Assembly (NCBI GenBank): GCA_021613535.1
Contig: CP075496.1
Coordinates: forward strand, 11,594,001-11,658,000
Length of the DNA: 64,000 nucleotides
DNA from: Adineta vaga
Taxonomy: Eukaryota; Animalia; Rotifera
Direction: 5' to 3'
The notes under the pieces were generated by a model. It was not told the DNA's origin and ran no database searches. It was given only the letters and a program-made list of their open reading frames with translations. The position numbers and the translations under genes were made by a program. Below are positions 1 to 12,826 of this stretch, piece after piece (positions within the stretch are counted from its first letter, which is position 1; every line of letters starts with the position of its first letter).

Positions 1-993
1 GAATATAATTACGTTCTAATAGACGATCATATTGACCAGATTTAAGAATAATTAACGAATTAAATGTAACAATAGTTAGAAAAGGAATGATAAATGTTAG
101 AAAAAAATCGATTATATTCATTTGACGAGTAAAACGAAGCCAAGGACGTAAAGTAACACAACGTTTTTCATAGGATGGTACTGTTATTCGTTCGGAATTC
201 GCTGTTTCAATACCTGATGTCCATAAAGCAGGAGAATAGAGAAATAACGCGAGAAATGTAAGTAATACAACAGCATAACGTGTCCGCGTTGCAGAATTAT
301 ATTGAGATCGTTTTAAAGGATAAGCAACAACAACATAACGTTCGGTAGTAAATGCAACGGTAAACCTAAAACGAAAAGGTTTTATTTCTAAAACTATTCT
401 CATTTCTATTTGTAAAACTCTCTGATTCTTTTTAAATTTTAATACGTTAATAATAAAGTTTAAGAATATCATACACGTTCGATACACGATTATTATACAT
501 AATATTTATGAAATAATTAGATATTCTTTAGAATTTTCAAACAATGTACTTACCATACGGATAATGAACTGAAAACTGTTGTTAAATATACTGTTATTTG
601 ACAAATTCCACTATTATGAAAGATAAAAACATGAATATTTTCAAGCCAAATCAATCCCAAACAAATCAAATATCCATTATCCGATATCGATAAAGCTGTT
701 AGATATAAACTACAACTCAAACGTCTAAAATCAAAGAATCTTTTTCTTCTCAATTTCAAATCATTTTCATTTTATTGTTACCTAAGTTTACTTCGAACAA
801 ATACATAACATGATATTGAATTACCAACAAAACCAAGAATAATAACAATTGCCATATAGATAACACCAAAACGTTTAAGTAAATGTTGAAAATATTTTAC
901 TGAACTAATATTTGAATCTATATTTTGCATTCCTATCGTAACCACAGGTAGAATAGGTGGCTCCACATAAATAGTCGCATTTAATTTTAACAT
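1..993 (-). CDS. Rhodopsin-like (class A) peptide GPCR, 3'-partial; exons 993-782, 724-554, 365-<1
   Basis: TM1 'IIILGFVGNSISCYVF', TM2 'LYLTALSISDNGYL', TM3 'WFTVAFTTERYVVVAYPL', then 'IDFFLTFIIPF'; GT-AG introns keep the frame. Confidence 0.9.
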
Positions 994-1723
994 GTTCTGT
1001 TTTTCTATCTACAAATGAAAAATCAAAATAAATCCGTTGGATTAATATCTTTATCTTTCGGTCTTACAATAGACGCAATTAATATAATTTGGAAATCTAG
1101 ATTGATAAAATTCTGATATCATGCAAAATAAACTAAGTCTTAATTCCAAATTTATCCGCTTATAATAAATAGTGTAGGCGAAGTGGAAATAATTACTAAT
1201 TACTATGAACACGGGATCTCGTTTCATCTTCTGTTTGTTCAGTAAGATACAAAGAAGAGATTTACCTATTCATAGTTATGATGTCACAAAGTTAGGCAGA
1301 AAAAATACACAGTAGGAAAGCAAAACAGCAAGATTCATAAACAAAGAATATATCATTAATTGTTCTCGTTAGTCAATCAGAAGTATACAAGAAAAACTAA
1401 TGAAATACAATGAAATTTCTCTTCAAACAAACCTTCGACTTGTCATCGAACTATTCATTTTCCTTATTTCGAATATTAATCTATATCGAATTATATTCAA
1501 GCTCTTATCAGTCTAGTCTAATATCAAATAAAGCAATCTATTCAACTTGTACTTCTTGTTGAATCAATTATATAAGAATCAAGAACAAAATTCTCAAATA
1601 TCTCTCGCCTACTCTCATTAGACTTGTTCCTTCTCATGATCACAATATTCTCTAGAGCCTTGTTACAAAGAATACGATATTATTTAATCGAGATTTTCTT
1701 TCTTCTCTCTCATTTGCTATCTT

Positions 1724-1749
1724 TCTCTCTCTCTCTCTCGCTCTCTTTC
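1724..1749. repeat. (CT)n/(GA)n microsatellite upstream of the GPCR
   Basis: tctctctctctctctcgctctctttc seen directly. Confidence 0.7.
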
Positions 1750-4407
1750 TGTTACGCTTATTTTTTTTCTCAAACAAGTTCGTCTACAAACATTATCAGA
1801 CACCTCAGATTGCGAATATGAATAGAGTTTCTAATGAAAAAAGAATCTGGTTGATTATTACGAAGTTAGAAGTACATACACACATACCTACAATGAAAAA
1901 CAAAGAAAATGATATGGTGCATATGTAATTTTTCAAATATTAATTAGTTAATTCATTATTATCATCTAGATATTCAATATCTTTGTTTTATTTATATCAA
2001 TTACATTTAGATATAAGAAAAGATAATAAGAATATTGAACTATTCATTTCTATTACTTCTCTTCTAACATTAAAGATGTACATCTTTAATTATATATACG
2101 CGTATTTTCTTATATCTAATTCGCACTTGTACGAGTAGTTTCATTGTTAAGTAAACAAGGACATAGACAAGCTGAAAGTACTGGATTTAATGAACCTTCA
2201 AAATAATTGCTGACGCGCAAAGACATTATTTATATGAGTGGATTCAATGCTTAGATATGTTCGAATGCATGCAGATTGTGCACCTAACGCATTAGATTAC
2301 CTGTCGTTGTCAAAATTTTTTTGTCTATCTGCCTGAGGCGAGATGCGAGATAGATAAACATAATCTAGTGTAGCAATGACAGGCACACATATATACAGCA
2401 ACTTCGAACATATGCGCATGCACTTATCATAAAAACGGATAATCGATATTCGACTAGATGTAGTGTTGCCATTTAGTATATCTTTTGAACGACTGTTATG
2501 ACCATGAAAATTGATATTATGAACATGCCTTATTTATGTAGAAAAGATATGACCGACGTCAAGATGATATACAGCAATAGAGAAGTATATAAAATAGAAA
2601 TCGTGAAGCTTTTAGTGTCAAATAAGAAAACGTATAGGCACTACTATCATCAGAGAATCAAATCAAGGCCTTGACTAATTGAGACATACACATACATCAT
2701 AGGCTAAGGCCGACGATACTACACACGTCGGCCAGTCTTTTTTTCGAAGAAGTTCACTTTCTCTCGTTTCCCTTCTTATTCAACCTTCGCTTGTCGGCTT
2801 TGATTACTCGACAGCTTCAGAAAATGAAACACAGACAACTACTGTAGAATATTATAATCGACAGACAAGTATAAGGTGGAGTAGATACTGTAATCTCCAC
2901 CTTATTATAAACGACATCAATCGATACAATTACGATTTCGATTAAATATAATGAGTCTATGTTGTGCATGAGTTGTAAATGAATGTATATTGATTTTCGA
3001 TAAGGAAAATCAGATTACGTTTTCTTTCGAAGGTTCAAGATGTTACTCTTCAATGACGTGTAACTAAAGCGACCTTTGAGATATTAACTAAAGACAGAAA
3101 AGAAGAAAAATTCAATAGTCTAATTAAGTAATACTTTTGAATGGTATAATTTAACTAAGGAAAGGCATCTTATTAGAAATTGGTTGTTTTTTTTCTTATA
3201 AAAACAGTATGAGTTCTTTTTTCATATCAAAATGTACCTTGACTTTTCACATAGAGTTTTCTTTATACAGCCATTGATCGTTATAAGAACTAGTCTGAAA
3301 ATAAATATCAGAAGCTGAGATGAATAATCGATTTGTATAGAAATATATATGAAATAAATGTCGTCAATGAACTTTAATTATAAATCTATTTAAGAGATGA
3401 GAAGAAAAAGAACTCATGGCATGATTAACATGTCAACACCAATCGATTGATTGATCTTATTATGAATATGTTTGTTGCAAAAAGAATATTTCTATCAATT
3501 ATCGGAAAGTGATAATGTATATCTTATATAAACCAACTAACATCATACGTCAAATATTGACATGTACGGAATGTTAACATCAGCAAGGATAAAACTCACT
3601 TGACAAAAACATTACCATTCAATCTTTATTATCTACATGACTGATCCGACATGATGAACTTGAATATAACTAGATAAAATGGGGAGAAAAAAAGTCAATA
3701 TTGAGACGTACTTCGCATTAGATAAAACATGATATTATTCTGGAGAAATCCTTCGATTTAAAATTTTAATTTCATATATAAATATCTATTAGAGATTATA
3801 AAGTACGTCAACATTAATATGCATACAAGAATAGTCAGGATATTAAATGATTTAATATTTTTTAATAAAGATTTCTATGAAAAGAAATAATTACATTATA
3901 TATATCCATAAATTAGAATAAAATGATACTTTTTTATTCAACTCTGCGGACTTATCCAATTCAGATATTCTCTTAATACATTAGTTAAGAAAATAATTGT
4001 TTCACTATTTATAAATAATCTCAAAAATATTTGTTTATAAGAAACTATGAGAATAAAATTCATCAACTCTTTCCCTTACAAAGCAAGAAAATCAAGTAGT
4101 AAACGTCATAGCTCTAATCTTTCTTGTTTCTTCTTTTCTACTCAATCGATAATAAAAGAATTCAGTTTTATTCATAATCAATCGATTGAATCACTATCAA
4201 GTCTATGTTAACTATTATCATTTATTATCTATTACAAAAAAAAAGAAACAAACAACCGAAAGAATAAACAACACATTGAAAGTACATCAGATTCAAATTA
4301 TCTCCATTATGTGATCAGTGTAAAATGAAAGCAGTGAAAGATCTGTACAGAATTATAAAACAACACAGAATGTATGAAAATGTATCAAAAAAGAAAGAAA
4401 GAAAGAT

Positions 4408-7239
4408 TCACAAAGGCACTTCTTCAAAAAGAGAAAATGTTTTTTGTCGATATTCAAGAATAGATTCGAGCACCCAATCGGATGAAACAAAATGTATACC
4501 TAATGAACGACATTGATCATAATTATGGCGTCGTTCAGAAACATATAACATATCACAAAGTACAATAATTTGATGTTTATCAAGTAAACGTTGTGTTACA
4601 CAAGTTATTATTTGTCCACCACATGTTGTTATTAAATCTTCTAAACGTTCATTTGTCATTCGAATATCCGAATTTTCTGTACATTTAATCATAAAGCAAA
4701 TATTTTGAAAAAGTGAATGACGACTTGGAATTAAACGTGAACGACGTGGGCCACCATGCGGGAGAACATCAGTATCATCACCTTCGATTTCATAAGATAT
4801 TTCGTCAATAATTCGATCATATTTAAGACAATCACTTATCCAACGATAAGATACACAGAAACAATGATGAGCAATAGCTTCAATTAATTTCATTGATAAT
4901 GGTGAACGTAAAGCAATTTTTTCATCATTTGTTATTAAATGCGTTGTATGAGAATCGATCGAAGCAACTTGACTAACTTGTGAAGAAAATTTTTCCAAAA
5001 ATTTTTCAACTAATTCCTAGAAAAAAAAGACAAATCAAATTTTAAGAATAGTAATACAGGAACACAAAAGAACATTCTTACTAGTTGATAGCTTTCAAGA
5101 CATGTAACAGCAAAAACAATTGATCGGTTGGAATCATTCTATATAATCGAGGGAATAGGAATTGAATTATTTTAGAAATTTAGAGAAAAAAAAATTCTTA
5201 CACTAAAGAGAATTGGAGCATCATCAGAATCCATTTCAGCTATATTTATTGATATTGGTGTATTTGCAATTCTTGGACGAGATATATCATTAGATGTTGC
5301 ATTTGCATTTAATAAATCATAGTCGTTGTGTGAATTACGTGAAACTGATTCAGATTCATCGGAACTAGGATTTCTTTCATTTGAACTTAATAAAATTTCT
5401 TGATCAGGATGAGCACGTCGTTTATGTTTCTTAAAAGAATAACAAAAAAAGAACGTTAAGTGAACTTATCAAAATAACTTGATAGTTTACATTTATCTTG
5501 TCTTTTTTGACACTTTAAGGATAAGTTTCACTCTCTCTTCTTCATTGATAACACTGATTAACGAACAATCAGTCATTAGCCGTCTGTTTAGTCTACTCTT
5601 GATTTTAGATTCATTTTATTATTTGTTATGTCTACATGAGATAAATTCGACAAGTTGTAACAATTACAAGGTTATAATAACTAGTCAATCTTATTTTGAT
5701 TAGATAATCTGATAAAAAACAGAATTTATCATATATACTAAGTGCAATTTAATGTATTTCTATCGAATAGACTATTCGTCGCAGAAACATATTTTCTAGA
5801 AGAACATTATATAGAATTCGTCTTCTCTTTTACTTATGTTTTTTTTAAAGTATTAATTCAATAATCATCTTGTAAGAAATATTTTCAAGGTCAATAACTC
5901 CAATGAAAAGTGAAACCTTGTTGAAAATTGAACTTATCTTCTTGATCAATATAAAAAAACTTACCTTCAGATAATCGGAGCGAAAGAATTTATTACAAAT
6001 GTTACATTTAATTTTCATTCGTATTTTCGAATCACGATTTGATTTTCCATTTCCTCGTGAACGTAATCTTCCATAATTTGTATTCCATTGTTTAGTGGAA
6101 GGTTGTAATGGATGCGTCTCTTCATCTGAAACAACAACTATGCAAATATAAAATATAGGAAATTTCAATTATTGAAATTTTAGTTTTCTACCTGATTGAT
6201 CACGTGTTGTATCGCTTTGATTATTATCACTTTGATCATCAAAATTCTTTCCTGTATTCTCTTGATTCATTTCTAAAAGTGATTGATCTTGTTCATTGAC
6301 GGATGGTGGTAATTTTCCTTTATGAATATTTCGAATATGTATGAGATAATTGGATCGTTTAGAAAACTCATGTTCACATAATGAACAATATTTTCGTGGA
6401 TCAATTGGTTTTTGTCGATTATTAATCCAAACAGATCGTCCAGATTTTTTTGCGAAAGACATTGATGATTTCATATGTTTAGATTCTACAAATCACAAGA
6501 TATTTAAAAATAAACAACAAGAAGAAGAAATATCATACTTAAACGTTTAATATTTTTTGTAATTTTTGATTTTGTAGGATCAAGTATTTCAATTTCATTA
6601 TTATTATCATCAGAGATTGCTTCATTCTCTTGCACATTGCTATCGTCGTCATGAATATGGATTGTTGAAAGTTGATCTACATATGTAAATATTTGAGAAA
6701 AGATCATTTTTATTCAATGATTATAAATTGATGAAAACCTTTTGTTAGTCGTGGAATACGAATAATTGGTTGCACAATTTTTGTTTGTTTAATAACTGAT
6801 TGTTCAACACGATTCGTACGTCGTTTTAATCTATGAATTTCTTTTTGCATTTGTAATAAAATATTTGTCATTGTCATCATATATTGTCGATTAATTAATT
6901 GTGTATGATGAAAAAGTCGTTCAAAACGAGAACGACGTTTAACAGTCAATTGTGAATGATCATCTAATTAAGCAAAGAAATATGAAAAAAAAACAAATTT
7001 CAACGAAAAAATAATTATTTACTCTTTAAAGTTGATGATAAAATTCCATGTCGATCTCTAACTGAATGTTCAACTGTACTTGTTGATGCAATTGATGATG
7101 GTGATGGTGTCACTTCATATGAATTACTTTCATTCATCGGAATAGATAATCCACTTGTATCAACAGAAATATGTTCATGACATTTCGTACAACAAGTCTT
7201 ACAGGATGAAACTGGTTTTTCAATTGCAATAGATGACAT
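4408..7239 (-). CDS. C2H2 zinc finger x2 plus BRCA1-like tandem BRCT protein, ~642 aa; exons 7239-7023, 6963-6739, 6676-6539, 6485-6192, 6125-5965, 5429-5202, 5138-5082, 5016-4408
   Basis: All seven GT-AG introns are phase-compatible (1929 nt). ZF1 is CSLCEHEFSKRSNYLIHIRNIH; ZF2 CNICNKFFRSDYLK|KHKRRAH is completed across intron 5964-5430. BRCT motifs: THLIT..SMKLIEAI..VSYRWISDC..EIEGD..HGGPRRSR..CGGQII..VSSDWVLESI. Confidence 0.85.
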
Positions 7240-7760
7240 TCTTTACTCCGAATAGAGAAAAGAAAATGAAACTATTGTAAACACAGCAAGAAAAGAAAAG
7301 AACAATTTGATTTTAAGATCTAAAATCTAAAATAAATAAATTTTTTATATAAAAAATGATAAAAATAGAAATATCATATAATTCTATGTCAAAGTAAACG
7401 AATAGTTTACTTTTAAATTCAATTATTGTTTTGTCATCTAAAATCAGAAACGAAAAATAAACAAATGATAAAAGAACATTAACATCTAATTCTTCTGAAG
7501 GTCATTTATTACAAAAGATTTTTAAAATAACTTTCCTTCTCTCGTTTTTCTTTCTCTCTCATCAACGTTAAAAATAAGTATTTGTAGAAGAAAAAGTCTT
7601 TCGATATAGATGTATAGTTCTCTTTTCTTTTTTGTAGATGTTTGAAGGGTAGCAAAAAACACATGTAGAACACAAAGAAAAAGAACCAAGACAATGAAAC
7701 AAACGATTTTCTTCAGATGAATTTACATAATCAATGATGATCAAGAAATACAATCGAACA

Positions 7761-8778
7761 TTAAAGTTGCTTTTCTTGTTTATCAGTTTGACTCGATGAT
7801 GGTAAGATATTTAATGATGGTGAAGCCGTTTCATTTGACGAAGGTTTCAACCAGGATGGTTTAAATTCATTTGCATCCGGATTTAATGAACTTTCTTCCA
7901 TCTATGAAAACAAAATGATTAACAATCATCTTTTTAGATCCATCTAAATTATTACTGAAACTTTTGATGCTTCACCACTTTCATCTTCTTGACTCATATA
8001 ATTCCAACACTCTTCCATTTGAGCATACAATTCTTCTTGCTAAAAATCAAAAATATAATATCGATCTATTTCCTAAGAGATTAATTTGGAGAAAAAGAAA
8101 ACTATTCGTTAAATTTTAGCATGAGATATAGTCAATAAAAACAAGCAGATACCTCATTATCAGAGAACTTATCATCCCACATCTAGAATATGAATGTGTC
8201 TTATTCGTTTTTCTTGACCTTCATCCTTCGTCAAATATACCAAGTCATTATAAGTCCAATATTTAGAATACTGAAGAAATAGTACAAAAATAAAAAGAAT
8301 TTTTTTTGTAGTTTACAATGAATTTTTAGTTCTCATTTGACCTACTTCATTTTGATATTTTTTAAATGCATCTTGTACAGCATCAGAAAAGACTGAATCG
8401 TCTTCATCATTGACATTTCGTTGAAAACGATGTTTTGTATCGAATTCATCAGCTAAATTTTCATCCATATGTTCTTGATAAGGATGCATTTGTCGATGGA
8501 AACGATTTCCGTGATTACTAATAGAAAATTGAGTGAAAAAAAACCCGAACATTATCATTCACAAAACTTACGATTGACCTCGGGCATGAAATGATTGAGC
8601 AGACATCGATTGTTGAGAAGAATTTTGTGTATTTCTAGAATGAACGAGCAGTTTAACCTAAGAAAACATGGTTTATCTTTTCATACACTGTCTCATTTGT
8701 TTCATAGTTCAATAATTGATTTGAACGGGTCTGATTAGGATTATTATTATTATTCGATGGTTGTTGTGAAGATGACAT
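7761..8778 (-). CDS. PAM2-motif protein, PAIP2-like (PABP-interacting), multi-exon
   Basis: C-terminal 'SSLNPDANEFKPSW' fits the PAM2 consensus and follows an acidic segment 'QEELYAQMEECWNYMSQEDE'; short GT-AG introns. Confidence 0.7.
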
Positions 8779-10557
8779 CTAAAAATAATCAATATTTAGA
8801 CTAGATATTTATACGATTTGTTTTTCAAAACAGAAATATTCTAGATAATTAGAACTATTTTATCTTTACTCTGAATTTCATGCTTGATTAGTCAGCATAG
8901 CTTAGTATAGGTTACTTGACTGATCGAAAGGACAGAGGAAGAAAGAAAAGAAGAAAAAAAACAACATTCGTATATAGAATAGACATTGAAATCGAAATAT
9001 ATCATCCATTCAGTAGAAGATACAGTTCAAATCAGGTAACAGTGATAGTAGCGTCCAAGGACATATTTATAATGAAGTTTTATTATATCAAATAGACTAA
9101 ATTAAGTTGAAGTAAAACAATTAGTTAAAAAACATTCATCTGAGATTTTATTTAGAAAAAAAGTTTTCTTTCAAATAGATGTCACTGATAATCAACTGAT
9201 GATTATGTTCATAACTCAAAAGTATATTGAACATGATCTTTGATACCCTTTGAATCACGTCTGTCAACTGTTTGTTGTAATAATACTACACCAATAAAGT
9301 AGAACATTTTTCATCTTCTTTTTATCATACCCTAGAATTCAAGTTTCCTTTTATCTTGTGCCAATATTTATTTTTTAGTGACAATGTGATTATACATAAT
9401 TTATTATATCGATGAATGATTGAAAAGAAAAATTCTTTGAATCTATTTGAAATAAAATTAATCTAAGATAACTTTCTATGGACTCGATTGGCGTATTCGA
9501 ACAAAAAATATGATTTCAGTGTTATATCTATCGAACTTTATCAGATTATGTGTTGAAAATATGTACGATAAGAAATGTATTGAAAAAATAATAAAAAAGA
9601 CTTTAAAATTTGCATATTTATATCGTGAATACTCGAATGAGTTCAAAGAAAGAATGCAAAACAACAATAGTTTTCTGTTATTTTTCATTTTATTTTAACC
9701 ATTGATAAATAATTAAGACAACTTTCTAAGAAAGAGCTCCTTTAGAGAATTTACATCAATTATTTGATAACGTATATTTTAAATAAAATGAACAGCTTAT
9801 AGAGCAATTCATCAGAATGCATTACATTTGTGAAGATCTCAGTACGTAATTCACTGTTATAGAAATATATGATACATTTCTGCATATTATCGAAACTTCA
9901 GTGAAACTAATTTTTCAACTTTTTCTACCGAGAGCACAGAAATAAGATACAAATTTGGAAACATTCTATCACAATTGCAATCGTCATGTTTTTTTAAATT
10001 TGATTGAATTTTACTTGTTGATATAGTCATGAGCATAAGGAACAGTGTGAAATTATCAAAATTGTTTAATTAGCATTGATAAAGAAATGCTCGTTTCTTT
10101 TTACGAATAATGTAAATTGTCAAGGACAATGGTGCAATAGAGATAAATTTATACAAAAATTCTTTGTTGTCGTGCCTTTTCAAAACTTGAAATCTTTCAG
10201 AAAAGAAATATATAGAGATCAGTATATATGCGGACGCGTATTTTGTTCAAAAGCGAAAAAAAATATTTTTGAAAATTAAAAGACAAAAAAAAAGTTGCAG
10301 AGAGACAGAGATAAAAAATATGAAAGAAAATCCAGAAAATATGTGGTGTTGGGAAAATTAATGCATATTCATATGACGACGACGACTACTCTTCTCTCTG
10401 GAAAATTTTTTTCTGTAGGTGTGAAAAAAAAAGCGCGCATATACACGTTTACGTGTAACAAAGATTGAATACAACAACAACAACAGCGACGATGATGACG
10501 ATTATATAGTTCGAGATTCGGAAAAGAGTCTTTTTATATTAGTATTTGAAAAAATGA

Positions 10558-10985
10558 TTATGTTGATATTTGTCGTTTAACAAAACGAATGCTCAACAGA
10601 CAGATGGCAAGAAGAATGACGATTTGTTGAAGATTTTGAATGCTTGGACCAGCACCATAAGCTCTTACTTCTTGATCATAAGCATATTCTAGAAAGATAG
10701 ACGAAGAAAATTTCGTATACAAGCCTATTCGAAAAGTCATTTTGTTGATAACTTACTGAAGAATGCAACAAATGGAATAAAGGTAGCCCAAAGACCAATT
10801 AAACCAAGTGCTGAAAGACAACAGAGGCAAGTGATAGCGCCTCCTAAGCCGCCTATTAATCCACCGGCTCCGGCTCCGGCTCTTCCTGCTGAATCTCTGA
10901 AAAAAAAGAAAGATAGAAACATTTATGAGATTCGTCTGTACATATAGGCATACAAAGAGTATGATAAAACTTACCGGTTGAGCAT
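10558..10985 (-). CDS. Small Gly-rich two-hydrophobic-helix membrane protein (paralog A); start may lie further upstream
   Basis: Spliced product MLNR|DSAGRAGAGAGGLIGGLGGAITCLCCLSALGLIGLWATFIPFVAFFK|YAYDQEVRAYGAGPSIQNLQQIVILLAICLLSIRFVKRQIST. Confidence 0.65.
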
Positions 10986-12352
10986 ATTGTCACTATGCGG
11001 TGGAGAGCAATCTAAAAGATGGAGATGAGCAAAAATTTTATCATAGGTGATCAATATGTAAAGAAAAAAAGAAGGACTTTTTTATTCTTTCTTTTTTTTC
11101 AAAAAAAGAAATTAAACAACCTATACTAAATCCTCCTAGAGCTGTATTCTCTCCCTCTTTTTCTCTCTCTACATTTACATATACTAGAAACAAATAGCAC
11201 TCAACGCTTATTATTGTTCGAAAAAAATACATTACTATGTATCTTTTTACTTTCTGCTTCGCTCTCTTCCTCTCACTCTCTCTCTCTCTTTTTTCGCCTA
11301 TCTGAAGGAGACATATCTAAACGCATTCACGTCATGGTTGACGGCATCTTTTTCCTTCGTGGTAATCGGGAGAATAGTACAAGTGCACAAGAAAAGAAAG
11401 GAACCGATGTTTCTCGTCAATATGCGTGACTTCGAATGTAGGAGACACTCTGCTACCTATATTCATGGCAAAAAAATCGGAGAAAAGGAAGAGAGAGAGG
11501 GAGAGAGAGAGAAAGAGGGAGAAAATCAAACTATGCATATCAGTCTGCGTCGATAATGATGAGTATGCAATTGTATATGTGTATGACGAAAAAAAAATGC
11601 AAAAAAAAGTATATTTGGTCATGCGTAACGTAAAAAAGCATGTGAAAGTAGGAGAAATACATGTTTCTACCGATGAATGCCTGCGTAAGCAAACGAAAAT
11701 CGACCTTGACAAGAAAAAATTGAGTTGTGATGATCATCATCATCATCAATGTTGAGACAAACGAAATGTAAAGGCTCGTATATGTATACATACATATACA
11801 TATATCTATAAATGAACATTTAAACAGATATAAAATGATCATGTCTCGAATAAATGATCTAATTGAGTGACTTTGATCGATCAATCAAATGCAAAGAAAA
11901 AAAGGAAGAGAAATGTTTCTTGAACACATATGTATTGTTCTTTCTTTTTATAAATCATAGACACAAGAGAAAAAAGTTTGAAAAAATTGACAAAAAATTT
12001 GTAAACAGGTAGCTGTGTATTTTTTTAATAGCAGCAAGTCAACAGTTGATTTTTTTAATTCGATAAAATAAAAAACATAATGACGACGATGACGATGACT
12101 GATGATATTTGGCGATATTAAATTACACGTTGATACCTGTTCAAAATGAAAAGCGTTTTTTGGCGCGCAAGTTATAGAAAAAATCCGAAAAAAATCTTGT
12201 CATCAAAAGATAAGACGAAAATATAGTTGTGTTGCAAAAAGAATAGATGAAGAAGTAATAAAAGAAAGTGTTTTTCTCAAAAAGATTTGCATATGTTTGT
12301 AAATTTGCAAAATGTAGAGATAGGTGTTGGAATAGTTGTATGTGTTCACCAG

Positions 12353-12826
12353 TTAATTACTAATGGCAACACCTCGTCGATGTTTTGTCAATACATAGAT
12401 GGAACAGAGAAGAGCGCTGAAGAGAACCAAGATATTCAATTCCATCGTCGTTCCAGCACCTGTTGCATTTTTACGAATTTGACTTTGAATTTTGTCTATC
12501 ATAAATAAAGAAATCAACCTTAAGTTTTGTTCATAAAGAATTTCATTACATACTCATATAGGCAGCAGCAGCAATCATTGTAGCAAAAAGACCGAGAAGA
12601 GCTAATGATGCTAGACAGCCAAGACAAAGTAATGGACATGCTATGCCTTTAAGGATTCCACTAGCACCGCCTCCAGAAGCTGCAGCTACTGGTGCTCGAG
12701 GAATAAATGTAGGTCTTCGTCTAAATTAAAAGAAAATTCAATTATGCAAAAGTACTTCCATTTGTATAAAGAAACTTACACCGCATAACGGTTAACGGAA
12801 GCATAGGGACGTGGTCGGATGGACAT
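12353..12826 (-). CDS. Small two-hydrophobic-helix membrane protein (paralog B), 3 exons
   Basis: Spliced product MSIRPRPYASVNRYAVRRPTFIPRAPVAAASGGGASGILKGIACPLLCLGCLASLALLGLFATMIAAAAYMNKIQSQIRKNATGAGTTMELNILVLFSALLCSIYVLTKHRRGVAISN. Confidence 0.7.

Noticed and set aside
5514-5576. Independent first exon (MTDCSLISV...) for a BRCT-only gene
   Set aside because: Weak donor site; the 5964-5430 splice completes a zinc finger and is more persuasive, although a short isoform is not excluded
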